A DNA stretch of 64,000 nucleotides. Source: Toensbergia leucococca (lineage: Eukaryota). The notes under the pieces were generated by a model that searched no databases, was not told the origin of the DNA, and worked only from the letters and a program-made list of their open reading frames with translations. This document shows, piece by piece, positions 9,646 through 21,673 of this stretch. Position 1 is the stretch's first letter. Every line of letters starts with the position of its first letter. The position numbers and the translations under genes were made by a program. The stretch lies in assembly GCA_022813965.1 (NCBI GenBank), contig JALDZS010000075.1:1-64000 (forward strand), in the 5' to 3' direction.

Positions 9646-12600
9646 ATGACTGGCTCATTGCCCAAGCCCACTTGGCGATGCATACGAGTGGCGTTTGGAC
9701 ACGGAAGTGCTGTTGACATGAACGACAGTTTGGACGAGACTTGCGGAGTAGCAGCTGAGATGGCTCAATCTCCTGAGGCAGCACATCAGGTTTGTGATCA
9801 AAACCTGTAATTCTGGCAAGAGTAGCGCAAAGGTTGCACTGATGGACCTATCTGCAGCTGGTGGACCTCAAGCAACCAAATGGGCAAGAGCTAGCTGCCG
9901 AGATACAGGCTCACCAGGCAGCTTTTGTATATGTGCACAATCAGAGTTGCTCCTTGACATCAGATCAGATTCCCAATCTTCAGGGTACGCTGTTCATCGT
10001 GACTGAACGCCACTCATGGGGTGGACATTTGTGGCTTCTTCCCATATAAACTGTGAGTGACACTGATTAATGCTGCACTGCAGATCTGGGTCTGCTGGAA
10101 GCTTTTGCAAGTTTTGTCAAAGGCAAAGATGCAGGCCAGTCTGCCCCTCAAATTCTGTATATAGATGCAACACTACCAGAGGCTACAGGTGATATCGGCT
10201 TCAGACAGATTGCACCTGTAATGCTTGCAGAACATGTTGCATGACCAGCTGGTGTTGGCCAAGATTCAAAATCACATCTGCTTTGTCAACATGTTCACAG
10301 CACAGGCAACAATACTGCTAACTGCCAACTGCACACATGCTTCCACCCACATCATGCCCCCATAAAATGCATAACAGACCTTGCTGGGCAGTACACAACT
10401 TGCAGCTGCAATGCTGGGCATCACACAGCTGAAGCTGTAGTGTCAAAACCCACTCATGTAAGTGATGATGTCACCGTAAAGCATACATGTGGCTAATGTG
10501 TCTGCAGTTGAGGAGTTGGCAGAGGCTGGCATTCAGTACATTGTACATTGGTCAGAGGAGCAGCCGGGCTCCCAGCTCATTGCTGCTCATTTCGGCCATG
10601 CCTTCTGTGCTGCCCTGCGCAATCCTGTGACTACCATACCTGAGGTACCTCGGTGTCTCCAACACTATGATGACATGCATGCTGTGTCCTGTATTCAACT
10701 TACCTTGCAAGTGCTAGCAGCATTGCTTCAGTCATTGCTTCCGGCAAGGGCACAATCATTCAGTAGATGCATGTTTGCCCTCTGCAGTGGGTCAAGCTTG
10801 TGCTGTTTGTAGGGACAAGACTAGGGCTGCTGATTGATCTGCGCCCACAAATGTGCTTTACTGCTGGACTGATGCTGCAGGCATTTGCTGTCGCCAGTCA
10901 TGCCTGTCATGTACACCTAGGATCCAAGCCAGGTCCAGGGCAGGCCCCTGCAGCCCTGCCCTGCTTGCGCTCAGCACAAACACCTGCGCTGCCCTCCAAC
11001 ATCTCTGTACCCTTGCCACAACTTGAAGTAAGACATGGTTGGACACACATTTCTGCTTTGGGATGGCCATGCTGGCTGTGCTTGACGCTCTTTGTGCATT
11101 CATCAATTATGCATTTGGCTTGGTATTTGTCACTCTGCCAGGGCAGCTTGTATACACATATGGGAATGTCACACAATGCACATCAGCTCAGCAGAGCTCC
11201 ACAAAGATTGGTTTCGTCCATAGCTGTGCAGATTGTACCTGCATAAACTTCATGTTGTCTCATTCATGGCAGGGGATGGATCTGTCCCAGGGCATAGCAG
11301 CTGTGGTGCCTGACTGGGACAGCGTGAGGCTGCTGGCTCCTCATGCAGAGCTGCGCTTGCTGGCTTGTGGCCAAGCCTCCCTCATAGCCCCCCATCGCCT
11401 CAGGTCACACCCTGTCTGCCCCACCATGCATCTTCTCTCAGACAATGGTTTCTGTCAACAACCACCCTACTTCTCCTAAGCAAAGGCATCTGTCAGGATT
11501 GTTTGACAGACCTCTGCTTCTCTCAATCATTGGCATCAGGTTGACTGTCTGTCTGCACCAGCTTCTATGTTCTTTCAGACAGTGGCATCCGCCATCTGTG
11601 ACTGTGTCACACACATTTGCTTCTATCACCAATCTGTCATCTTTTGTCAAAAATGTCATACTTCTGTACTGCTGTGGCATCTGTCATCTTCTTGTCAAGA
11701 AACATCTGCTTCTCTCTGTTTCAATCTGAGTGACTCAGTGGCATCGCGTCGTCTTTGTTGTCCCGTATCTGCTCCTTTCAGAGAGTGAGTGGCATCGGTT
11801 ATTTTTTGTCAATAATAGTCTGCTTCTCTCACAGTGATCTCTCGTGTGCAAGTGTCTGTCTTTAAGGAAATTAGGTCTCATTGCTAAGTCAGTTTCATAA
11901 GCCTTACAAGACGTTGCTTGTAGGTGGCAAAACCAATTGCATAATGTGCTGTGGCCCGCATACTGTGGCATGTATATGCACAGTTGTACCCTGTGCGTTT
12001 GAGGCTAGACACCCAGACTCAGACTCACACAGTGCTTTGAAATCAGACATGGCCGTGGCCACTCTCTGCTCAATCAACCAGTTCTGACAATCTCAAGCTA
12101 CGAAGTTGCTACTGCAGCTTCTTGGGTGAAGCTTTGAGGGCGTTGCTAGTGCTGGAAGTGCGGCAGCTGACAGTCACATCCCAGACACCCACACATCGGA
12201 TTCCAGCTCACTTACCAGCAGGCTGCACTGCCATGAGATGTGAGATCCAAAGTGCCAGTGGAGCTTGTGCCCAGGTTGTTCTGGGTGGACCACAAGAAGG
12301 TGTGACTGCCAACCAAAGCCTTGCTGTCTATTATGCTTAACTTAAAAGAATTCGCCTCCAATCAAGGGCTACTGCTCTGTCTTGGAGTCTGGTCTGGGCA
12401 TAGCTGTTTGCTGCAGCCCTCAGCACATGTGAGCGTGTAGTGTGGCGGCGCTGTGACTGGTGCAGACTCATGCCCAAGGCATGATGTCACAATCAGGGTT
12501 GTGGTGGTACAGCTAATCCTTCACGTGATTGCAACTGTCAAGTGTTGGTGGCCATGGAAGCAGACTGAGTTTTGGTGCTGTGCATCCCTCGTTTCTTGCT

Positions 12601-15284
12601 GTGCATCAGCTGCTTATTGACTCTTCACTTCTGTCAAGCATTGGCATTGAACAACTGAGAAACGTGGCAGTATGTTATATGCTGCATGTCCAGTCCTAAA
12701 GCAACATATCTTGGCCAGGATGGCCCATGTCAAGCCAGCCATTGCTGTGTATGCAGTGCTGAAGAATCCAGATCTGGTGGAGCACGCCTTGCGGCAAACC
12801 TTAGCTGCCGATGCACTAAGCCTGCAGTTCAAGCTACCACCCCCTAGCCTGCCTGTGCCTATAGCTCAGAGCAGTGATGACATTGCTGGCGGCGCACTTG
12901 TTGTGGATGCTCTTGCCATCACATCTGTGTGGGTTGTTCAGCTCCTGCGAATGCTGTGCTCGGTGAGGCAAGCTAGCAGCCTCACAGCTTCTGTACATGC
13001 TGAAATGCTGGAGGTCTGCCTGGCGTGACTTTGCCAAGTCGCCAGGACTCACACTGTGCATTGAGTGATCAGCCCTGCATGCATTGTACTCTGTGGTCCT
13101 TGACAATGTTGATTCGATCTTTGATTGGACGAATGTCAGCCTACACAGGATATGTCTCATGTCATGTCATTGGTCCTGTGTTGTAGATCAGCATGGGATA
13201 CCTGATGCACCCATCGGGTTTACAGTGTGGGCGCATGTCTGTGAGTGGGGCGAGGGAGGGGGGGGGGGTGCATGTATGTGGGTTGGGGGGTGTATGCATG
13301 TGTGTGTGTGCACATTTCATTCGGTCATGAGCATATCTAAGCAGATTGACACAGACTGTGTCCAGTCAGTATACAGCTCATCAAAGACCTTGCAATGCAC
13401 AGGATAGCAAGTTCAGGATGCTAGCAGCTCTCGGCATAGCTGCAGTGGGCTGCACAACAACCTCATCTTTTACCCAGTCAGACGCAGACCGCTTCACAGC
13501 CCTTACTCATCTCACCCCAGCAGTGCCAGAGTCCCTGAACCCCATCCTGCTGCCCCCCTCTCGGCCAGCCCCAGCCCCCCTGGGACCCATTGCCTACAAC
13601 ACCCTGCCTGCACAGCAGCATCCTTCATCAAGCTCCCTTCAAATGGATGGGCAGCGCAGCAGCAGCCAGGCTGCTGCAGGCAATGCCACCTCCACTGGTT
13701 CCAGAGGCCGTCCAGCAAAAGAGCCCAAGCCATCAGGTGTGCAAGCTATCAATTCTGCACCGCAGACATCAGAGCAGACTCGTTTTTGGTGAAGGTCAGG
13801 CTGGCATCTGCTGTCACTTGTTTGTGTGACAGTACGCTGTGATTCTTCACCGCATCTCGCCACAGTTGAATGTGTGTTTTATCAAGATGGGTATGTCAGT
13901 CCATTGCCTTGATATCCAACTCGGATATCAATTCTGGTCGACGCGCAGTGGGATCATCAGCAGCTCTGACAGAGTACTCCTGAAAGAGGTTTCAAGTGAC
14001 ACAAAAGATGCAAAATTGTGATAAGATCCCTGGTGGCAGAATTTGCGTGCTCTTGTCAAAGAAGTGAAAGTCATTGAGAAGCGTACAAGTGTGACAGCTG
14101 TTGTGTGGAAATGGATGTGTCAGTTCATTGCCTTCACACAGTACATGTCATGTTTTGATCCTTGTCACTGACTTTGACTTGCTGGTCAAGCCTACCAGTA
14201 GTGCTGTTATTTATGCTTGCTGGCAATCTATGCATATGCACCAGATGCCCATGCGTATATGTGTATAATTGAAGCCGATCAGCAACTGGCAGTGCAGCTA
14301 GACTACCTCACTGTAGATGCAGCCAAGCACTACCCACCATGGACCATATCATGGTTTGACAGCTTTGGTGTCATTTGAATGGTCTCTCCAGAACTCGTTT
14401 CTTGGGTCTACTGATGTTCTCAAAGACAACAGGTGCAATTGCATAGCCGTGTGCACATGTTCCAACATGTGTAGCAAGTGAAATACATTTTGCTTGCCTG
14501 ATCTAACTTTGCATCTGCAGTTCCAGAGCTAGCGTCTGTCAGCTGGAGCTCAGACCGGCCTGAGCTGTCAGTGTGTACACCGCATCAACTGCTGGAGGAC
14601 ATGAGAAGCTTCCTGGAAGTGCGCAGAGGTCGACAGCTGCAGCCCAGTACCTTTCCAGAAGCTATTCTGAACGGAACACAACTGGACCTGAATGCTTTAT
14701 ACAGGGCAGTATGCTCAAGAGGAGGCTATGCCATGGGCACTGGTGTCAATTGGGCTGGACAGGTTTGCAATTCTTTGTGCATTCATTCATCTTTTCACTG
14801 GACCATTGCTCTATTCATTTCTTTGGCTAAATTGGCTCGGGTTCAAGCAGTACAGCTATCATGCACAACGGCACAGGATTATCTTTCTTTTTCATTTCTT
14901 TGTGGTATCATTCATGCCAGAGGACAAATCAGCGCATTTTCTGTTTTGGTCCGTGCCTTTGTTTCAACTTTTGCTTTTGGTCTTGTAGCCACCATTTTGC
15001 AATAGCGCATCTGCCTGCTGTTGAATCAACCAGCTGACTCCAAGTTGCATTGGCCATGTCTTGCTATGCAGTTTTGCGGGCAAGTAGTATTTTGAAAAGT
15101 TCAGCTGTACTTTCACAGATCTGTTGCTTCTGTATGCCTGCAGGTCTTTCCCCGCATGGCCAATTTTACCAACACCCACAAGATGACTGGTGTTGGCAAT
15201 GCGTTGAAACGCCATTATCAGGCATTATGTCTAGAATACGAGCTAGCTCATCCAGGAGATCTCGACAAGCAGGTGACACTCTAA
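9646..15284 (+). CDS. ARID-domain protein similar to plant ARID4; multi-exon, 3' end uncertain
   Basis: Exon translations: LVDLKQPNGQELAAEIQAHQAAFVYVH; EELAEAGIQYIVHW..AAHFGHAF; LRALLVLEVR..TAMRCEI. ARID domain in exons 14521-14762 and 15144-15272: FPEAILNGTQLDLNALYRAVCSRGG..GVNWAGQ|VFPRMANFTNTHKMTGVGNALKRHYQALCLEYELAH. Confidence 0.85.
11485..11835. repeat. Degenerate intronic minisatellite (~50-nt unit)
   Basis: Recurring gtggcatc...tgtca...tctgcttctctc blocks. Confidence 0.6.
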
Positions 15285-16084
15285 CACTCCAGCATTGCAA
15301 ATCAGGATCAGACACTGTCAGTTGACAATGGGATCAGAGGTTCATTGTGCCGGTGATTGTATGCATCAGCATCCCAAGATGGTTTCTGTGACGTTGATTG
15401 GCATTGTGATTGTTGTCAAGCTGGTACTCTGAGAATTTCTGAGCCACCATTTTGCATGAGAGCTGAAGCACAAGTTTGTGGAAATTTGCTTGAGCAGCAG
15501 CCATGAGTCATGCCTGAGGGTGCAATGAAGCATGCATGATGGTCATTAGAGATGCAGTGTCGCCTGCAGGAAGCTTCTGGATGACCTAGTGCTTGCAAAG
15601 AACACTGGTTGTACAACTGTTTTGCAATACCTGGCTGTCAAAGTTAGTCAACAGCAGTTCAGGCAAGCAGTGATACACTCTGCCCTGAGCACACATTTGT
15701 TATTGGATGTCAAGCTCATGTACAAACTGCTTCAAGGAGGGTGTTAACTCTACAAGCATGCTTTTTTTGTCAGTAAGTCCGACTGCAAGAGCTCATCAGA
15801 ACGTGTACCAGTGCATATGCATGGCTGAGTGCTTTGATGAGTTCGCCTTATCAGCACATTTGTATTGCTGGAGCGGCTTGCTGTGTAGTTCCCGGCCTCA
15901 CCAGTGGGCACATCTGTACAACTGACCTAAGGAAGTTACACAGCTCCCCCTGAGATGTTGTCAAGATCAGCAACCTTTACGTGTGTGGACTCCTTGATAA
16001 ATTGGATCTCAGATACACATCTTCAAGGACGCATAAAGTTGCAGAGCCTGTCAAAATGCCTGGATCATCTGTCATATAATGTGA

Positions 16085-16560
16085 TTTTGTGATGTTTAAT
16101 TTGGTAATATTTAATTTGGTGATGTTTGATTTGGTGTTGTTTGATTTGGTGTTGTTTGGCGCCCTTAGGGCTCTCGGGTACCTGCGTTTGATTTGGCATG
16201 TTTATACCCTCAGGTGTGAGCACTGAGGCGGCTGGTTGATTTGGCAAGTTTATACCCAGCGCCGGGCCTTAGGTGTGAGCACTAAGGCGGCTGGTGACCT
16301 CCAGTCAAGCCAATCAATCAGGTGATTGACTGTGCCCAGTGAGCCGATCGCAATGCCGGTTATCCTCACCAGGCTGGAGGCAAAAATTCAAGTCCTCCCC
16401 TGAGGGTAATAAGTGTGGCAGACGTCTCAGGCCCCCTACGGGGTATGGGTCAGGTTCAGCAAGTCACGAACTGATGCAACATAGCATGACGAGCCCCCAG
16501 CGTCCTTGCAAGAACAGTATTCCGTTATGCAAGCGAAGTCTGAAAGGTTAGCGGCCATGT
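16085..16560 (-). mobile_element. Probable 3' end of a non-LTR retroelement (SINE or truncated LINE) with a tandem-repeat tail
   Basis: On the minus strand it ends in 4-5 copies of a 15-nt unit (CACCAAATCAAACAA-like). These follow a duplicated CCAGCCGCCT(T/C)AGTGCTCACACCT(A/G)AGG stem-loop. It is CpG-richer than its flanks and has no RT ORF. Confidence 0.5.
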
Positions 16561-18028
16561 CTCGCAAACAACGCTCTCAACCTATTTATGACTGCATGCG
16601 CTGAACCCTCTTGTCAACAGTCAATCAACCGACAGCGCTGAGGTCACGATCAATCCCCCGGTTTCACAATAACGGCACTATAGTCAGAATACATACAACA
16701 AGTCAGCTTTCAGCCTGCAGTGCAAGGACACGGTTGCAAAGCAACTGCGTCACCAGTGCAGTGGTGGCAAAGATATTCTCAACTCTTGCATACAACCAGT
16801 GATCTCGATCATTATTCTGTCATCAATTTTATGAGTATAAGTCATAGCAGACGAGCATGTAGTCAGCTTTCTTGGGCATGCTCAGCTTGCTGGAGTGGCA
16901 CAATATATCTAAGCTTAGTGAACTGTGTGACATCCGTGGCATTCAGTCCCAACTAGGACTGGCTGTCAGACAGTGTTCATCTGCCAGTGTTATAGCTGAA
17001 GCCATGCATGGCAATGCCGTATTTGCGCATTATGTACCTGTCTGCAGGTGAGCTTGATCCACATGTGTCCAGACTCAGATGCTGCATTTTCCAGCAGTGT
17101 TGTATCTCTTGCAAATGCAAAGCAAGTTGTCATACTGTTGGCAATGATAAGAAGGGCTGAACAGTGCTTCTAACTGCTGCCCTCTGCCTGTGAACTGTAC
17201 AGATGGACAAATGTTGCATGAGTCATGACACAGGTAACAAAATGGGTTGAGGCATAATTATCCTCCTGATGACCGGTGAGGAGCACTTCGTGTGCAAAGA
17301 CACAAAGATGCGCGAGCTTTCACGCACCCAGTGCATTCTCTCAAGCTGATTCCTTATTGCCTGAGCACGAACATTTATCTCATGACAACATCCATGTGCC
17401 TGCAGGTTTGCCTAGGCATGTTTGATCTCATAACTTCCACAGAAAGCAACGCGTTTGCACAACATGCATGTGGCACATGTAGCACTGCTCATTAGACTTC
17501 ATTGCGGAAATCTTGTGTGGGTGCTTTAGTACAATTCCAGGTGCCTGATCTCCTTTGAAAAAGGTTGGATCTCAAATACACGTTCCCAAGGATACACTGG
17601 TCTGCAGAGCTTGGTAAAAATCCTCTGGATCATTCAGATGCCTGTGACACACACACACACAACAGGAAAGTCGCATCCCGTATTCTCGTACGCTCAGCGG
17701 TTGCCAACCAAGACAGGCTTCGTGGAATTTTGTTTCATCGCAAGCGCTTGCCAGGGAACATCTGCACGTGTAGCAATTGCTCGCTGAAGCAGCGCGCGCG
17801 TACTCTGCACCGTTACTCGATTTGACATCAAAAAGCAACTCTTATACTGATTTGCAGTAGTGTGTGCGCCCTGCGTCACCTTTTGTTGTCCGCTATCTCT
17901 GGCAGTGCATGGTGGAGCCAGGCCTCGAGTCGTGCACTGCTTAGCTCGGTTGGTGTGTGCCCAGGCTTGCTCGAAAACAGCATCCACACTGATCAAAGCC
18001 AAGGCTGACCGCCAGAGCAAGCAGCGTC

Positions 18029-19298
18029 ATGGCTGACTATCATACAGTATACAAGGGTCCCGAGGGCCAAACAACACAGTGGGATGACATTCAACGCAAA
18101 ATGGGCAATCTGCCTGCTAAGGAGCCTGTGAAAAAGGCTGACCCGTTTACCCCTGAGAGAGAGGACACCAAAAACAAAAAATGGGTTGATGGAAAAGCAG
18201 TGGATGAGCTAGAAGAGCTAGAAGATGAGTTTGATGATGACAGATTCCTAGAGCAATACAGGTAAGGCTGTGCTTGTCTTGTGCTTGTGCCACCACAGGT
18301 TTGACCAAGGTCTGTGTACAAATTTCCATGAATGTGTCATATCTGAACAGGCAAGAAAGGATTGAGCAACTTAAAGCAGCACAAAAGCAAGCCAAGTTTG
18401 GGACAATGGAGCACATAACAAGGGGGGATTTTGTGGAGCAAGTTACTCATGCCGGCGAAGATGTATATGTTGTTGTACACCTTTACAAAGACAAGTAAGC
18501 TGCATACATTTGTCCTGCAATATGCTAGGTACAACCAAATCCATTGAGCATCCCAAAAGCGTAATGTGTGCCTTTGTTTATGCAGGGTAGCAGATTCTGC
18601 CATGCTAGGCGAGTGTTTCACTGAGCTGGCCAAAAAGTACCCTCAAACAAAGTTTGTCAAGATCATCTCCACAGAGTGCATACCCAGTTACCCAGACAAG
18701 AATGTACCAACCGTCCTGATATACAAAGACACCAAGTGCCTTCAGCACCTTATTGGTCTAGGACCATTTGGTGGACCCAGAACAACCCCAGAACGTGAGT
18801 TTGCCTGCATGAAAAGCTGGCTCTTTTGGCTCTGGATTCTCCCAATCAAACACTTGTATGCTGAGCTGCCCAAGACACCACTTACATGCTGGCAGCACGG
18901 TATAGTACTTGGCTTCTCATTTAATGGACGCCAAAAGGCACAGTTTTTCCTTTTCTGTGATGCTGTTTGAGCTGACCAGGTAACAAGACAGCGTTGTGCA
19001 TGCAAACAAGACAGCGTTGTGCATGCAGAGGTGGCCATATCCCTCAATCGCTTTGGTCCATTGTGCCGGCAGGAGGGTGAAGAAGACACACCTTTGTCCA
19101 TGCAAGATATCAGGGTACGCATCCTCCAGATGTGCATCCTTTGATACAATGACAACGTCATGCACCTTGGCAAAACTTGTTTTGCTCTTTGTCTTGCAAA
19201 TGGTTGCTGTGACAGCAGAGTTGCTTATGCAGGAACTAATCAAGACCCTGCTGATCCAACAGTCGGAAAAGGTCAACGAGAATGAATCAGATGATTGA
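18029..19298 (+). CDS. PDCL3: Phosducin-like protein (PDCL3/PhLP2, VIAF family; thioredoxin fold)
   Basis: Exons 18029-18261, 18351-18494, 18586-18794, 19029-19114, 19233-19298. Motifs TQWDDIQRKMGNLP, ELEDEFDDDRFLEQYR, VVVHLYK, LAKKYPQTKFVKIISTECIPSYPDKNVPTVLIY. Confidence 0.92.
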
Positions 19299-19582
19299 CC
19301 TGCCAGACGCGGGTGTTGGACAGCAGTGGAAAGGCATGCAACAGACACCATACATTGAACCTAGCATATATTGGCATCTGTGTCTATGTCTTCTAGCTAG
19401 CATGTAGCCGGAAATCAAAGCACAGTTTCATGCTTGCACTTGCTTGTTGTTCAATAGTCAGCCTCTGCAAATCTGCTGCTAGTGAACATGTTCCCATGCA
19501 TTAGCATAAGCAGGCAGTGTCTTGCAATACTTGCGTTGGATCAACATTACATCTGATAGCACTCTGATATCAGACTGTAGAT

Positions 19583-20541
19583 TAAGTTTTTTGAAGCAGG
19601 GCATCTGTCAACCGACTGACTTCTTTCTTGCTTTCATCTAGACTCCGTATCTGGGAAGCTAGCTTGCTGTCTGCCTTCTGGACCACATTCACTCAGGCCA
19701 GTCAGTAAGCATGTGGACATGAGCGTACGACTTCAGTGGAAAAATCGTGACAGAATGTTGCTACAGTAGCAATAACTGCGAACCAAGCAGACCATTTTTG
19801 CAACTGTTGCACAAGTGCCTGATCAGCAGGAAGCGCATTGTCATTGGCGGGACAAACAAGCAAATGTGTTGGTGATGCTATGACCACCCCTCGCACAGCA
19901 AGTCACCCCATGCGCATCACATGGTTGCTGATGCTAGATCAGCAAGACTATGATGCATGCTGTTCAGAGCCATGATGCGCTGACTTCCAAGCATTAAAAG
20001 CAGGTGTGCAGGGCGTGTTTACCTCAAGGCTGTTGTTCTCCTTCATGAGCTGCAACCGTTTATTGAACAGCTGCATTGCAATAGCTTGCATAGCCGACTC
20101 CTTTTCTCGCAGTGACGCCAGAGCTGCATTCCTTGAGCTGCTGCCTATCTGCTCATGCTGTTGCTCAGCAGCTTTCAGCTGCATGAATAACAAATCAGGC
20201 AGGTGAACTTGGAGAGGAGCAAAATGTGCAGACATGGTGCCTCTACTGAATCCATAGAATATGCCATCTGAAAAGACACAGTTGTTGGCCTGACACATGC
20301 TGTACTCAAGTTTGTACCATTTGTGAGTCTGCAAAAACCGGTACTGAGAGGAAGGCAGGGGACAGAATCACCAGCAGCGCTTGTTATGGCCCACATCACA
20401 AGCTGCTGATGCACAGGGCACTGATCTCACTTGTTCATTTGTCTGCTTGATGGTGGCTTCAACCTCGCCCTTGGCCCTGGATGCGCTGTCCAAGCCACTG
20501 GATAGTGCATAGTCCAAAAATGTCAAAGTGTTTCTTCTCTC
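19583..20541 (-). CDS. Three 3' exons of an unidentified algal coiled-coil protein; 5' part absent
   Basis: Exons near 20541-20431 (RNTLTFLDYALSSGLDSASRAKGEVEATIKQTNEQ|gtgag), ~20180-20023 (LKAAEQQHEQ..KENNSLE|gtaaac) and 19678-19583 (KADSKLASQIRSLDESKKEVSRLTDALLQKT*). Confidence 0.6.
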
Positions 20542-20719
20542 TGCATGTGCAAGACTGTTGTTGCAGCAAACTCCATATATAACAGAGATAAATTATTTAG
20601 AAATTCGCAGGCGAGAGAGGCTTTAGGCCATATAAGCACGACATGATGATTATTGCACACAATACTATGATAGCAATCAATTCTGAGAGCAGCTGGCAAC
20701 AGAATGAGAAGCAGATTGG

Positions 20720-20770
20720 AGCATGGGGAGGGAAAGGTGTGGGGTGGGGGGGGTGGGGTCGCACGTTTCT
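20720..20770. other. Alga-to-fungus sequence junction at a G-rich low-complexity tract
   Basis: Gene content, intron style and dinucleotide composition all switch around ggtgtggggtggggggggtggggtc. Confidence 0.7.
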
Positions 20771-21673
20771 TTTGGGGGGTTCCTCTGTCCCTGTTTCCTC
20801 TGTGGGGTGTTTTGGGTGGTTCTAGTGTGGGAAGTGTTTTGTGGCTTTCCCCTTTCTTTTCAATTTGGGGAGGTGATGGGGGTCCTGTAGAGGTGGGGGA
20901 TTTGGGGGAAAGGGGAGGGAGGGTTGGTTTTGCTATTTGGATAGTGTTTGTCGGTTTGGTTATTCAATAGGTACCTAGACAGACTCGACAGATAGATGAG
21001 GAATGCTGCTTCTCTATCAGGAAGCAAGAGATAAGGCTTTTTTTTTCTTATGAAGAGGGCGGGGGCTATGGTCGGTGAAAGCTAATTGATTGGGTTTTTA
21101 ACTGTAGTGCAAGTCGGAGTTTTCATCAAGGTGCCTCGGGCTTTTTGGCTTTCTCGGAATTTTGACGATCGATTGTGTTGTTAGTGGTTTTCTATTTTCT
21201 GCGGCTGTTTCTGCAATGTTCCTCTCTGCTATTTGATGTTTTCACCATCACTGATGCTGAGATAGAGCCGCGCCATCATCCACAAACATGAGCTTCATCA
21301 GCTGCCTTTCTAATTACCACAAAAGGCGCTTAATCATACTTAAGAAAGCTACTATGTGCAATACGGATAGTCTGTTTCCTCGGAACAAAGATGGGTTCTC
21401 TCTCGAAAATGGTTCGGATAGCAGGTTTCATAAGAAGCCCCATGAACCATGAGTGCTTCCCTACAAAATAGCTTCCTTGAAATTAGTTGGTGAAGTGGTT
21501 CATTGGTTCATAGAAGTACGTACATTACTTCACAAAGTCGATATTTCCGTCGGAAAATGATGACAGAGCTGTCATCAGACTTTGTATTCGCCCTTCAATA
21601 ATAGCGCCTTCGTGGTTAATCGATTTCGCCACCTACAAACCACTCTTAGTTTTTTGCACTCTTGGCGCCGATC

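Noticed and set aside
15707..15925. Cys/His-rich ORF as the missing PHD exon
   Set aside because: Cys spacing does not fit C4HC3, and Cys/His-rich ORFs arise by chance in TG/CA-rich DNA.
16465..16550. Hammerhead ribozyme (CTGATG...GAAA)
   Set aside because: The core is not CUGANGA and I could not build the three stems.
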